Positions 13,956-28,585 of a DNA stretch of 64,000 nucleotides are shown one piece after another. Every line of letters begins with the position of its first letter. Position 1 is the first letter of the stretch. Origin of the DNA: Trichinella spiralis (lineage: Eukaryota); NCBI RefSeq assembly GCF_000181795.1, contig NW_003526943.1, positions 11,894,007 through 11,958,006 on the forward strand. The letters run 5' to 3'. The position numbers and the translations under genes are program-made. The notes beneath the pieces were generated by a model. The model ran no database searches. It was not told the origin of the DNA and saw only the letters and a program-made list of their open reading frames with translations.

Positions 13956-16900
13956 TCAAATTTCACCACTATCCAATCTCTCAATGTCGTCCTGGTCCAA
14001 CTGCTCGTTGATGAAATTGTAAAACAGCTGCGCTTGTTTTCTTTTCATTCTTCCCAGACGCATCAGATCTTTAACTGAGCTTAAACAGCACACATAGATA
14101 AATGTATATGCGCAATTTAGCATATGATGGTATTTTTTGCTCGAAAGAAAGAGAATAAAAAAGAACCACTATTCATTACCTGGACAGCACCGCCTGCAGT
14201 GATTTTGAACATTTGACCAAATTCATCGCCGAAGCATAATTCGTACCCGCAATGGATAAATAGAATTTCAACAGATCGTTTTCACTTTCTGTCAAATTCA
14301 TATCAAACTGCAAACCGTAACCACGATTCATCTCTTGACGTGCAAGCTGAGATAAAAGTTTGGCACTTGCATCTCAAAAAATAACAAAGCATTTCACCAA
14401 AACTTTCATTGAAAAAAAAACAATAATCAATATTTACACCCAAAATTATTCTCACACTATTCAAAATATTCCATTACACTTTTATAAATTTATCATATTT
14501 GATTGCTTGCTATTTTAGTCTTTTTCATTTTATTTTGTTTTCCTTCATTTATTATAATAAAATTAAAATTGTTTCACTGATTTCAAATGTCAATACTTAC
14601 CAATATGATCTGAATATAAAACTTTTAAACTTGGTTCCACTAAAGCTTTGGCTAAAAATTTTCTAGCAGCTTTTGAACGGCTCAAATCGACGGATGGCTG
14701 AACTGTGCTGGTCGTTCGTGAATTGCTCTTCTTCTTCTTCGGACGATCTTTTTCCAGCAGAACAACAACAACATCAAACATTGACAAAAGACGACCAATC
14801 CTTTCACGAATACCCCTGAAGCTGGATGTAAAATCTGAAACATTTCAACGTGTCAAAAATACAAATACAAACTATATCCAATGAATAAAATTAATTATTG
14901 AATTAATTAAATTACCGCTGTAAGTTTCACGTACCACAGCCATACGATTGCTTACAATATAGTCGGAGTCTTTCAAACTGCAAACATGAGCCCTAACATT
15001 GTACTGCGTTCTCAACGTTGCCAAGAGATGCTGAAAAAAAAACAGTTCGATCAGTTTCCAATTGGTCATAATTTTGTGCAAGAAAATAATACTTGAGCAG
15101 AGGTTATTTCTTGGCTCGCTGCCAATATCAACGGTTTTCTGAGCGGTTCCGCTGATGTGGTGGTAGCTTCAGCAGTCGACGAAGAAGGCATAACAACAGC
15201 TTCGACCAGTGATGCCTGAGCTTCTTCTTCTTCTTCTTTTTTATCTTCCTCTTCTTCTTCTCTAAAAGATGAATTCAAATATGCTGATTCCATGTTCTTA
15301 CGAACAGCCGTAGATGTATCCGGATTAAATTCGCTTGCAGAACAAGATGCACCATCGCCAACGTGGTGATGAGCATTGTCGCTATTAGATGCAATTTCAA
15401 GTTCTTCATCTGAATCGGATGAAATTAACATCGGCTTTCGCTTTTTCACAACTGCAATTTCAGTGGAAGAATTTAAACCTTTGGAGCGTTTAATAGCCGC
15501 ACGTTTCTTTTCATCCTTTCCACCCTGCTCGTGCTCTGCTTCAGATTCGGGTGAACTGCGAATTATTACACGTCTCGCTGGAGCAGGTTTCACTTCTTTT
15601 TTGTGCCTCTTCTTGCGACATGCCTTCTCCAACTTTTCCAAATTATCATCTCCACTGCTGTCATATTCGATCACATCATTCGGCACAACGAAACTGTCCA
15701 ACGCGGCTTCAACGTCGTCGTCACTTTCTTTATCAAAACTGTCCTCAACTTTTATCCCAAGTCTACCTCTCCAGTGGAGACGATAAAGCGGACGGTAGTT
15801 CCCACGCCCACGCGACGAAATTTGACTATCATTCAACGATCTCACGTAATGACCACGCATTTGAGATGCAGCTGAAACATCAAAGAGAGAAAAAAAAAAT
15901 TAACAAAAACAACACGTTCTCAATAAAAAATGCCAATATTCACTTATTTCCGATGCTTCCTGAGTCATGTTCCCCGCATATGGAGAGCTGACAACAAAAC
16001 TGTCATCGTTCAACAATTGTTCTTCATCTGTACTTTCTTCAAATTCATCCCCAGACGTCAGAGCATTGCTGTCTCGACTCAATTCAGCCTCAAATTCGAT
16101 CAAGTCGTGATCAAATTTCTTCATCTGAAATAAAAGAAAAATCTAATAATAACAAATTCATTCAAATGCTGATTGGGTAAAAATTATTTGCAAAAATAAT
16201 GCGGAAACTTCCATAACGAGCATTGCTATCTAATAAATCTCAAAAATGCCAGACAGCAAACAAATTACTACAGTGCGAATACAATTTGTTTTTAGCGCTA
16301 TCTTCCTCTTGTCAAAAACTTTGCTTTCAATATATATACATTTCTTTAAAATATTTTTTCTTTAAAAAGTTTAAAAATTGATAACCATGGAAAAAATGCC
16401 CGCTGCTTTGCCATCTTCTTACGCTAAAGCGTAAATGAATAAATCATGCAAACAAATTTCACGGTCAGAATAGCGCAATTGGAAGAGGGGGAGGGGAGGA
16501 AAGAAAAAATTTGCTCCCCAACTTGAATTGCCCCTGAAAGCAAAAAGTAGAAATTTTTTATTTATTCATTTATAGATGTAGATACATAATGAAAAAGAAG
16601 CTGAAAATATTGCAATGGAGAAAAATTTTTATGAACAAAAAGAAGAAGAAGAAAACTGAAATGTGAAAAGAAGTAAATTTTCACAGGTGAAAATGCTTAA
16701 ATATGACTGTATATTTCATATTTGAATTTAAAGAGCTGCAAAAAATGAACAAAAAAAAACAAATAAATAAATACAAACCTTTTTCGGTTTCTTTTTTGAA
16801 TTTTTTCCCTTTAAATTCCAATCTAGGGATGCGTCAGACAGTGAAGAGTTGGACAGTAAAACATCTTGTGTGGAAGAATCACCAGCGTTAATGGAGCGGT

Positions 16901-19900
16901 TGTTCTTGTTCTTCTTGGCGTTGTTGGAAATTTTTTCAGTTTGAAATTGCTCGTCATTGTTGCTTTCAATGTCCGACAGAGTAAAATTGAAATTCAAATT
17001 CAAAATTGGAGAATTCGGCATATTCTTTCTCGACTGAAGCACTTGGGATGAACATTGTTCCATCAGTGATGAATAATTCTCGTTATTGTTGAATTCCAAA
17101 CGGCTGCAATCAGGATCACCAGCATCTTCGTCGTCGGAATGTTGAAAAATTTCCGCCGCCAATTTCAACTGCATCTCTTCGAAACTGTTCTTTTGAAAAT
17201 GGTCCCCTTCTTCAGGGGAGCTGCTAAATTCCAACTGCACTTTGGAAAAATTCCACTCCTCATCATTGTCATCCTCTTCGAACACAACTTTGGAAAAATC
17301 GAACGGCTCCACAACAGCATACACTGAATTTGATAACATTCCCACGTTGGCCGTCGGACTGTGGCCAGTGTCCAGTACGGTCGCGTCGAATGCAACATCA
17401 TTGATAGCCGATTCGAACAACAACGGAGACAAATTCCCATCCTTCCATTCTTCACCACACCCGTTCGCATGTTCAGAATGTTGACCCGTTAGAATATCCT
17501 CATCAACTGGCAATATCTCCTCATCCTTCGTAACCAATTCCCCATCTTGAGCAATATCATTCGACAATGCTGCAAGTCCATAATCAAAATGCTGACAAAT
17601 AGCCGCTTCAAAACTATCCACACTGTGCGACTGTTGCTTTATAGATGCATCGTCGTTTTGTTCGTCATCTTCTTTGATAGTGCTCTTATTTTCTATCAAA
17701 GCAGTGGTGGTGTTTTGATCAGCTATTGCCAATTTTGCAAAGATCTCTTCAGCTCGATTCAAAGTCAGACCAAAAGTTGAATTCAACTCAGCTTCAACTG
17801 CTTGCAACATAGTTGCAAAATCTGAGTTCGGCAATTCATAATTTTCATCAACATAACTCGCTTCTTCTACATTGCAAAATATACTTTCAGGGGATGGAAA
17901 TATTTTTTCCAAATTAACATCTTCTTCGTTGTTCACGGTGCCCATACAAGAGGGACGTTCATTTGCATAATTAACACTTTCATCACTGATCGTATCACGT
18001 CTTACATTGTTCGTTCTCTTCTTGTCATTGATCTCAAAATTCAGATCCAAATTGAATGTTTCCTTTGTTGAAATGTTGTGCTCATTTACAACTTTTGGTG
18101 TTGAACTTTTCAGCAATTTCGACATTACTGATACAAAAGAACGGCAAAGCGACGAATGCTCAACTTCAAACTGAGACTGCAAAGATGTCTGCAATCTTAA
18201 ATGCGACGTCAAATCCAACGGATTCCAAACTTCTAATTTTTCCTTCAATAAATGATAATAAGCAAAACAAAAACTCCAATAAATAAATAAATAAATTAAT
18301 TAATTAATTAACACTTACACCAAAGGTCAAAAGTGATTTGTTGAATATATTCGACATAGCGGTTGAATGTTCTGCAAATTTTTGCTTATATGCTTCGTAA
18401 TGAGTTGCACTATCTGCAAGAAATTCACGAAAACTCAAAAAAAATAATAATAAATTTTTAAACATACCTTCCGCTGAATCTTGCTTTCGACTATTTGATT
18501 TGTAAGGTTTATCATGTATCATTAAAAGTTTCAAACATTCAGGCTTCAAATCTCTCGGTATCATTCTAGGATTCGAAGAGTACATGGTAAAATTTGTTCG
18601 TGCACCGATGGCTCTGTGAATGCGATTCTTTGTACTCTCGCTGTGAGATTGCATCTGAATATATTTTTAAAATATTCACATTTTCAAAATTTTTTTATAA
18701 ATAAAATTTTAAAAAAAGCTAAAATATATATATGTTCATAATAAATCAAATGAAAAGATGCACGAATAATTAATTTAATGTCACAAAAATTATCAGTTCA
18801 TTTTAAATAAAAATAATAACAATAATTTGGATTTACATTTTGTTCTTTGCCTTTTGTTACTAAAATTAAAATTTCTCCTTCACGCTTGCGTGCAGTTCGA
18901 CCCATTCGTTGAACAAGCCGTATCGGTGAAGTCGGTGAATCGTAACAAACAATCAAATCCACTTCACCTATATCAAGTCCTTCTTCTCCTACACAAGTCG
19001 AAACCAAAGTATTATAGCAACCTCTTTGAAATTCTTTTACCACCTGAATTTACTTGCACACCATAAATTTGATTATTAATTAAATTATTTATTTATTTAT
19101 ACTAACCTCGAGTTGTTTTTTCTGTGATATACCTTTGCTTGTGCTACGACCATAACTTTGGCCGACAAATTTCATCGCTTTTATCAATGGACGCAAATTG
19201 TTCAACATTTCAGTAATTTCAGATACACTATCTCGATATGAAGAAAAAACAATTACCCGTGTTGAAAGTTGCTCTGAAATAAATCGAATCAAATTATTAA
19301 AATATGAAGAATTAATTCAAAATTAATAAATGTATACTTTCTTTATTTTTTTGAAAATGATCTAGAAGAATTTCGATCAGTTTCACCATTTTTGGATGAC
19401 TAGTTTTAGCCAATTGTAAAGTTTCCAAGACCCGATTGTTCCACTCTTCTTCGGAATAATTGAAATCAGTGTTTGCAAATTTGCTTTGTGTTGCTTTGAG
19501 AATTTGTTCATTCGAATCGAACGTTTGCCTCAGCGTCTGGTAAGCGTCCAGAAATTCACAATTACAAGAAAGTTGCTGACGAAGCCTGGGCGTCGCCTGA
19601 TCACCAATAACTTTATCTAGAAGAAAATGAAAACAAAAAAATTATCATTATTCTCTCTTCTATTTAAATTTTAATCTTTTCTCATTCGAACCCGTCAAAT
19701 AGTTGAACAGCGATTTGAATCCATGCATTGTCATCAATTCGTAACCATGATATAAGCTGATTGCGCCATGGAACAAACTTTCAATGCGACTTCGGTCACG
19801 CTGATGCACGAAAAATAAAATATAATAATTAATTTCAATTTGATTGAATTTAATTATTACAAAATTTAAAAAAAATCCTACAGAATTGGCGTTAGTATTA

Positions 19901-21635
19901 GCGCGATATTTGTCCCTTTCTTGGAGAATTTGCCATTTGGAATAATTTTCCAATTTACGGAATGTCAAAACCCGCTCTTGTGACAACCGATCAAAATATG
20001 TTTGCAATACCTAAAATTTCATCATATTCTTAATGTGAACAAACAAATCAACAACAAGAAAAATCATCCACCTACATTTATGTATTTTTCAGCTACAGTA
20101 ACTAACACCGGTTCAAACGGGACAACAATCTTCTTGATCGCACGACTGTGCGTGTATTGTTGCAATTCAGCAGAATCTTCAGATCGTATTTCCAAATGAG
20201 CAATCAACAAATTTTGAATTACCTGTTGAACCATCTACAAAAATTTGTTACTTGCATATCTTTAAAATAACCGCTTTAAAAATTATTCAAACCTTCAAAT
20301 CGGAGCCTGGAGTTGCACTTAAAGCTAAAACCCGAAAATGACTACCATACTTAATCATTTCATTTATCACCTGAAGATGAAAGTCGCGCGATTTTTCAAA
20401 ATTCGAAATCAAATACGAAACAGTAGAAAAAAAATGTCAAACCTGACAATAAGCATGATTGCCAGTAGCTCGGTGCGCTTCGTCTACCACAAGACATTTA
20501 ACATCAGTAACGGGACATGCTAATCGAGACAAATCGTTCAAAAATACCTGAGGAGTGAGAAAAAACATTCTTTTCGTTTCCCATTCTAATTTTCTCGAAG
20601 CTGGATTTTTACAACCTTAAAAATTGCTCATGTTCAATGAAAACATTCTATTATTAAATGTTCTTATTTGAATGCGATAAAATTAAAATTGAACAAATAC
20701 CCGTCATTTCTGCAACTGCTTCATTAGGTACACCCATAATTTTGTAGCATGCTTCAACCTGCTGTGCTACTAACGGCTTGGTAGGAGCCATGAAAACAAT
20801 CTTTCCAGATGGATACCATCTGCAAAATAAGCATTTACAAATAATACAATGCAATACAGTCAACGCTAAAATTTTGCTTTAAAAATCCTAATCTTCTGAA
20901 TCACTACAACTGAAATTATTACTTTTCTTATTTTATAAAATTTTTATTCTGTCAAAATTCAAAATATTCAACCGATGAGCTATATAATATTAGTATAAAC
21001 TAAAAAAAGAAATCACAAGTGATTAATAATGAAAAATTACATTCACTAGAAATAAAACTACAATCTAAAAGCATTTACCGATAAAAATTGTACATCACTA
21101 CAGCAGCAATAAGCGTTTTCCCCAATCCAGTGGGCAGTGTAACTAACGTATTGTAATACAGTGCTTTTGCAGCAATTTCAAATTGATACTGCCTTAAAGG
21201 AACATTCGATGGGTAAATCCAGGTGCGACCAGCACTTTTGTCAAATCCATCAATTTCCATCGGCTCATTTAAAGATGAATCTTCATTTAAATAATTTCGT
21301 TTAATTTCGTCAGTTTTGAATGACTGATGATGAAGCCCTGAAGTACCAGCTACACATCGTGCATTGTACATCAACTCCGTGTCATCCAAGGCCTTACAAA
21401 GCAAATCATCCTCTATATCGTCAAAGTCAACTGATACATCGTCGTTTAGTGGTTTATCGTGAAAAGCTGTTTGAGCAGAATAATCGCATAAAGTTGTAAC
21501 TAAATTTTCAGATTGGGAAGAAGATGCAGGCTTAAACAATTTTCTAGGAACAGTTGATCCGGTTAAATCTTGCCGACCGACAAAAGAATCGGATGAACAT
21601 TTCCAAGTGTCAAATAGTGTCTTTTGTCGAAGCAT
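13956..21635 (-). CDS. FANCM: Fanconi anemia group M DEAH helicase/translocase with C-terminal ERCC4-like and HhH region (multi-exon)
   Basis: Motifs [69 protein letters not shown]. Acidic middle region, an MM3-like EFEAELS..SGDE motif, and ERCC4-like [18 protein letters not shown]. Start ATG about 21635; stop at 13956-13958. Confidence 0.92.
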
Positions 21636-22619
21636 ATCAAAACGTTTTAAAACATTTAAAAAATACAAAAAACGTATAAAAGCAAAAATAACATGCCCTT
21701 AAATTATATTCTAATCCATTCTATTACAGTTCAAAAAAAAGAATGTAAGTATTAATTTTAGTTTACTGTAATTCTTGAATGCATTCAAGTTATTGAATAA
21801 ATTAAACATAAATTTGATGCATTGATTAATTCAACTATTTATTGAACTATCATATTTTATTATATGAATATTTTAAAAGTTATGTAATTATAAGGTGTTT
21901 TAAATCAGCTAACATAAAACTGAATAGAGCGAATGTTTTCGCTAAAAGATTATGCAGTAGAAAGCTCATCAAATTTCATTCCGCTCATCTGAACGTTTAT
22001 CTTAAATAGCTATAATAGAGCAACAATCATAAATCGAGTTGATCAAGTTTGAGATATCAGATTTCCACTGAAATATTTTTTGTAAAAAATCTTCTTCAAA
22101 ACTAGCAAAGAAAGTAAAAAAACTCAAAATAATATAAAAGAGTTTTTTCTATATTTTGGAACAAACAACAATCTGATTTCATGTACTATTTCCACCGTTG
22201 GTAAACGTCATCCTGAAATTTTAAATTAGTTGCTCATTCTTGATCAATGATATATTTGAGCAAGTTTTGAATAGTTAGTAAAATGTTTGCATAGTTTTAC
22301 AAAATAGTTTGAGCAGTCTAGTTACTAAAAAATTTTAAACAAATATGCTTAACAAATACCAGCAAGTGGCTATAGCTACTATAAACATACATTTCCTTTT
22401 TCTCTGTGATATTTTAATTTTACTTTTTCAATGCAAAAAAATTGAGCAATGGAATATCTTTTATTTGAACATTATCCTTTATGGCAAAGTAATGAGCAGT
22501 GGTCCAAATTCAGTAAATTATAAGTTTAAAATCAGCAGTTTACAATGTGATTAAAATATCTCGTACAATTCAACGTTTACCAAGTTCAATTAAATTGATA
22601 TGCAAGAAAACTGAATTAA

Positions 22620-22959
22620 TGTGAAATAAAAAAGTGAATGAATAATGAAGTGAATTAAAAAGAAAATTAATGTGATAAATTTTAATGCTTGGCGAGAACG
22701 AAATCAAAGTTCGGGGCCAAGGTTCCGGGAAACGTTTTACTCGTTCAAGACAAATATTCGCAAACAATAACGCTATCAACAGAATAAAACACACACGCAC
22801 ACAATACAAAGCCGTTCAATCACACACACCAAAAATCCGGGGTCCCGCGCACACCAACACTTCCTCCTACGGTAGATGGCCGACACTCAAGTTCTAGCAC
22901 TCCGGTGACGTCGCCGTGACGCCATCTTGCGTCATCCCAAAACGGCCCATCACAACACA
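22620..22959 (-). mobile_element. Solo LTR insertion
   Basis: Absent from the paralogous region near 27785. TG...CA ends, ATTAA flanking both sides (22615-22619, 22960-22964). Inner core 22671-22954 has TGTGAT..ATCACA ends and an ATTAAA on the minus strand, so exact boundaries are ambiguous. Confidence 0.65.
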
Positions 22960-23297
22960 ATTAATAAATCTGTTTTCCAAAATATGTTAAATATGATACA
23001 AATGTATAATCCCATGTGAAGATCTCTTTCTCACAGTATAAGAACAATTCTTTTTTGAGATTGCAGTCTGGGTATTCTTTACTATCATTTACAACAATGA
23101 TGATATGCACATTCATTACTTGTTTCTTTCAATAATCCACAGAATTTTTTGTTTCTTGATATGTTTCCATAAAATAAGAACGGTACTTAAACATGAAAAC
23201 TTGCTGCTTGGAAAAAATGCAAACGATACCATCATCTAAATAAAGCGGACTGAGAAAGTAATAGCATCACAAAGTGAACACACAGAATAATAACAAT

Positions 23298-23513
23298 TGA
23301 TAGATTTTATTTAGCTTAAACAACCAAAGTAAAGACCGTGTAACGCAGTTGTGCGCGGAAGAGCTAAGTGAAGTGAAAATAGATAGCGCATTCATTATAT
23401 ATATACGAAAATGACGTCACAGTGACACGTTCTAACGATCAGCTCTATCGTAGGCTAGAGCTTCCGCCTAAATTGCCAAAGACTAGAGGTCACGAGAATG
23501 CTTTTCTCCAACA
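23298..23513 (-). mobile_element. Solo LTR insertion (216 bp)
   Basis: Absent from the paralogous site near 28125. TG...CA termini, near-TSD ACAAT/ATAAT, TATA-like run and AATAAA in minus-strand order. Confidence 0.65.
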
Positions 23514-23975
23514 ATAATGAAATACAATGAAAATAAATTGACAGTAATACATGCAAAAAACGTGGCCGTTTTGCAATTTCAATTGCGTAACTTTATGAAA
23601 ACAAATCTTTCTATGTATATAATTAGAGATAGTACCTAAACAATATGAGTAATATCTGATGTAGTATTAACACATGTTACTCACTTCCAAATAGGCAAAA
23701 ATGTCTTCATAAATATAGATGCAGCCACAGATGAAGCGTAGCAAATAGAGAAAGCGCTAAATTGAACTGCATAATAGGGTCAGCATTTTGTATTGCTTAT
23801 TTCTTTAAATAGCAACAATTGATCTACATTACAAATGCAAACCAATATTTAATTCATTATCATACTTTAAAAATTACAGTATGTTTTATAAAATTTTATT
23901 TTCAATTTTACAAAGAAGATTCCAACTTTTCAATGCACAAAATTAATTACATGCACAGTAAACAGTATAATTATA

Positions 23976-25293
23976 TTAGGTGCATGCATCCAAGTTCTTC
24001 GTGGTGATCATCTTTCTGAATAAGTCAGCTGCTTCTTTGCTCAAAACGCAAGCAACGCTTGCTCCATATTTTGCATCATTCGCCTAATTGATTTTAAATT
24101 TAGTAAAGGAAAGAATGAAAAATTTATTCAATCATACCGTTCTTCCAGTATTGCTTAAGCATATGAAATCAGAATCTGATTTCGGAACAGACCATCTTGC
24201 ACTGTCTTGTCCTATTGGAATTACAGTGTCTTTAACAGTTATTGGCCCTAATACGTTTTCCACTTTTAATGTGCCAGCGCATGATTTTCTCAAAACAGTT
24301 GCAGTTGTTCCAGGTGTGTAAACTTGGAAGGATTTTTGCATAATTTTAACGATATAATTCAAATATATATCTGAAAATACAATATTTTTTCTGTTTAATA
24401 TATTTTTTATTAATTTTCTGAATTCAGATGTACCCGATGAATATGCTACTGGTGCTGATGCAAATATTTTCACAGTTCCTGGTGCAGTCAAAGTCGCTAC
24501 GCCATCACCAGAAGCAGATGCAGTTGGCTGATATGTATGCAAGCCATTAACGAGTCTTTGAATTTCAGTTGAATCATAGAAAGCGGGTACTGTTGCAGAT
24601 TTCTGAGCAAAAAATACGATGGGTTGTTCATAATCGATTATTTTTGCTAAAATTAATTGGGTTTTTGAATTGAATTTTAAAAAATATAACTGTATACCAA
24701 TAGCCCTCAAATTGACATCAGAATATGACATGCATAAAAATGCAGCTGCTTCCTTTGTGGTCTTTTCATTCGAAAATAGATCTCCTATAGCAAGTGCTAA
24801 ATTTGGAAAATACTTTGCTGTGTGTACCAACCAAAATCCTTTATTATTATCTTCAGCCATTATTACACCTAAATAAGAAATCATGTTGTCATAATTTTAA
24901 TGTGATGCATTTCTCATATACCTTTTCCAGGACTCATGGGAAGTTCAAATTTAAAATGTGGAGGATAATTGCTGTATGCTACAATATTTGTATTGGGCTT
25001 GTTTTGTGAACCAATATAAATATTCATTGTAGAATGAATTGGTTGCTGTTGGGCATCTATATCTGCTGCAGCTGACCAGTCTGTTGCAGCAGTTGGTAGA
25101 AGATGATGTGAAGATTTCCCTCCTGGCAATTTATAGACAAAGAACCTGAAAAGTATTATTAAATAGTTAGATTTATTGTGCACTTGAATTTTCATTACCA
25201 ATCCACATCATTATTTTGTTCTTTGCATTGGTAATCAATGGGTGTTACACCTAACTGCAAGGTATATAGAGCTATAACATAAAATATGAACAT
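23976..25293 (-). CDS. Secreted DNase II-like (plancitoxin-like) protein, copy 1, multi-exon
   Basis: Signal-peptide-like MFIFYVIALYTLQLGVT, then VDW|FFVYKLP, AYSNYPP, GFWLVHTAKYFP, FLCMS, WSVP..FICLSNTGR, ending DACT*. GT-AG introns restore the frame. Confidence 0.88.
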
Positions 25294-28200
25294 TTTTCTA
25301 ATTTTAAACAACGTCTGCTCAGAGTGCACTATATATACAGATGCGTTTAGACACTAAATAAACAAGAAAGCAAAAAGATTATGAATTTTTATTGTCATGA
25401 TTTTTGTTTTGCGTGATCGTTATTTTTTTTCATTGTTTAATAGTTTGTTGAGTTTGTAGTATAATTTTGAGTGTACATTGAATTGTTGCATCTGTCTGAA
25501 TTCAAATAACTCCATATTAATTGTGCAGCATCAAAATTTGTTATATTAATGCTCTTTTAACAGCTAATTAAATTTAAGGATTGAAGCTTACTGCAATGTT
25601 ATCAATAAAAAATTTCTGCTTTTGTCGTACGTAAATTTTGTTTTGTGTTTTATCAAATTTTTAATGTTGCATCAAATTTATTAAATTTGTTTTGTGTTTT
25701 AATTTTGCTATCCTGTGAAATAAATTTAACACTGCTTTGAAATATGCTGTGGAATATTTTTTATCATTTTACTTTATTTCACACTGCAATTATATTTATA
25801 GCCTCAACTAATGTTAAAATACAGTTTATGAAAACCTCTTCTTTTTTAATGTTTTTTTGCTGTAGATATTTACATTTATAATTGTGACAAAACTAAAAAT
25901 TGCTATTTTAATTTGCTTCAGTAGATTTTATTATTAGTTGCTTTGAATATAATTTTGGCATATTTTATTGAATACTGTCTTAAATAGAACTATTATAAGA
26001 TTAAACAAATTTCATTACATTGAAATTAATGCTTAAAGGTTAGCTCAAAGGAGGCGATTTATAATTCATTTCAAAGATTAATTACTCATAAATACGTTAA
26101 AACACTTTTTATAAATTTGATGGATGAACAACTTTTGTTAAAGCTAAGTTTAAAGTGCAAGTTTAAAATTTGTTTTAAAGTTCAACTTGTTTAAAATACT
26201 GTAAGAAATTTTAAACAAACTTTATGGCTTAAAATTGGTGTTTAAACTTAGTTTAAAGCAAACAGTTAAAAATTCATTTTAAAGTGAAGTTTATTTAAAG
26301 TACTTCAAATTAATTCAATTACTTTAATGTGTGTTTAAAAACATTATATCTCAAATCGTAGCTGGGCTCCTATGAATTTGTATTGAAATTTTTGTTTTCT
26401 TGAATATGTTATTTCAAACAAAGTATTTATTTATGAAATATCTTCCTGAATAGATGAAATAACATATCTCTTCTATTTCCCTAATTAAATTATTTGCACA
26501 TTGTTTCTGATTGGCAAATTTATCTTCCAGTGAATACTTGCTTTCGACGACATGCAAATCTCTTCTGTTTGTGCTGTAGGTTGATTATTCTCTTCGAATT
26601 TCGTTGTTGTGCGCGTTTTCTGTCTGAATAAACTGTATTATTTTACTTTGCAGGTATAGTATTTTTATAAAGATAGTTTAACTTAGTAATTGTATTTTTA
26701 GGATAAGATTTTAAGCATTCCAATAAATTGAAGTACTATTTATAAAAAATAAAAGTGAATTTATCATCAAAAAATGCTCTACAGTCGCTTTTGCAAATAT
26801 TCATTTTATTGTAATTTAAATTGCAAATACAAAGCGCTTGTTGTTGACGCTGCATAATGGAAACGAAATGGATAACGTTTTCAAAGCAGTTAATGAGAAA
26901 GTATCCACGATCCCGTGTGTTTCCAGACCGTCTCTGATTCTGGTTGTCCCGTTAGCCCAACGTTGGCTAACTTTGCAGATCAGGCGGAATGCAGTGCTTT
27001 CAACGTACTATGATCGTAGAGATTTACTCTGTTAATGACGAATCCATTTGAACCCACTTTAGCTGAAAAATATATTTAGCTGAAAAATATAATTTCCATT
27101 TCAGCGGTGTCGTTTCGGCTCATTTTCCACAATTACTCTGCAGCAATTTTATAACTTATAAATTTCCATTTGTTTTTTTTGATTGCCAAAGCCATTCCAG
27201 GCAAATAAAGCCCAACAAAGCGATCACTTTAATCGTTGAACACGAGCAGAGCAACATTTCACATTCAACAGCATAAAACATCAGTTTATTACACTGAACA
27301 AATGGTAAATTATCCGTCATAAATACATAAATCCAGTACTGTTGCCAATATCAATAGTACAATGCTGGCGCTTGAAACGGAGCAAACAAACAGACAAACA
27401 AACAAACAGCAAAAATTATGAACAATTAATTTTACATTTCGTTCAAATTTACTAAGCAGTGCTTTTCAATTGATTGAATACCAAAATTATTCTATGACAA
27501 TCAAGCTGTATGGGGAAGGTAGAGGGACAGAAAGTTTATTTTCATCACAGCACATCAGTTAATCCACACAATTTTTGGATAAATCAACTGGCTGAACAAC
27601 CAGAAAAACGTTACATTCAAAGCACAATGATTACTGATGTGATATGCTTTATGGCACAGTAATTTACAGCATGCCTAAGTTGGTGAACTATGAGTTTAAA
27701 ATCAGCGGCTTACAATGTGATTGGAAAATATTTCGTACAATTCAACGTTCACCAAGTTCAATTAAATTGATATGCCGGGAAACATCATAAATCAATAGAT
27801 GTGTTTTCAAAAATGTGATAAATATCCTACAAATGTATAATCCTATGTGAAGATTTCTTTCTCACTGTATAAGAACAATTCTTTTTTGAGATTGCAGTCT
27901 AGGTATTCTTTACAAACATTTACAGTGATGGTGATGTGCACATTCACTACTTGTTTCTTTCAATAATCCACAGAATTTTTTGTTTCTTGATATGTTTCCA
28001 TAAAACAAGAACAGCACTTAAACATGAAAACTTGCTGCCTGGAAAAAGTGCAAGCAATACCATCATGTAAATAAAGCAGACTGAGAAAGTAATAGCATCA
28101 CAAAGTGAACTCACAGAATAATACAACTGAAAAACAATGAAAATAAATTGACCGTAATACATGCAAAAAAGGCGGCCGTTTTGCAACTTCAGTTGCGTAA

Positions 28201-28585
28201 CTTTATGAAAACAAATTTTTCTATGTATATAACTGGAGATAGTACCTAAACAATATGAGTAATATCTGATGTAGTATTAACACATGTTACTCACTTCCAA
28301 ATAGGCAAAAATATCTTCATAAATATAGATGCAGCCACAGATGAAGCGTAGCAAATAGAGAAAGCGCTAAATTCCACTGCATAGTAGGGTCAGCATTTTG
28401 CATTGCTTATTTCTTTAAATAACAACAATTGATCTACATTACAAATGCAAACCAATATTTAATTCATTATCATACTTTAAAAATTACAGTATGCTTTATA
28501 AAATTTTATTTTCAATTTTACAAAGAAGATTCCAACTTTTCAATGCACAAAATTAATTACATGCACAGTAAACAGTATAATTACA

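Noticed and set aside
15376..17780. Plus-strand ORFs overlapping FANCM, and similar antisense ORFs over TEs
   Set aside because: Shadow frames of real coding sequence on the opposite strand with no recognisable motifs.
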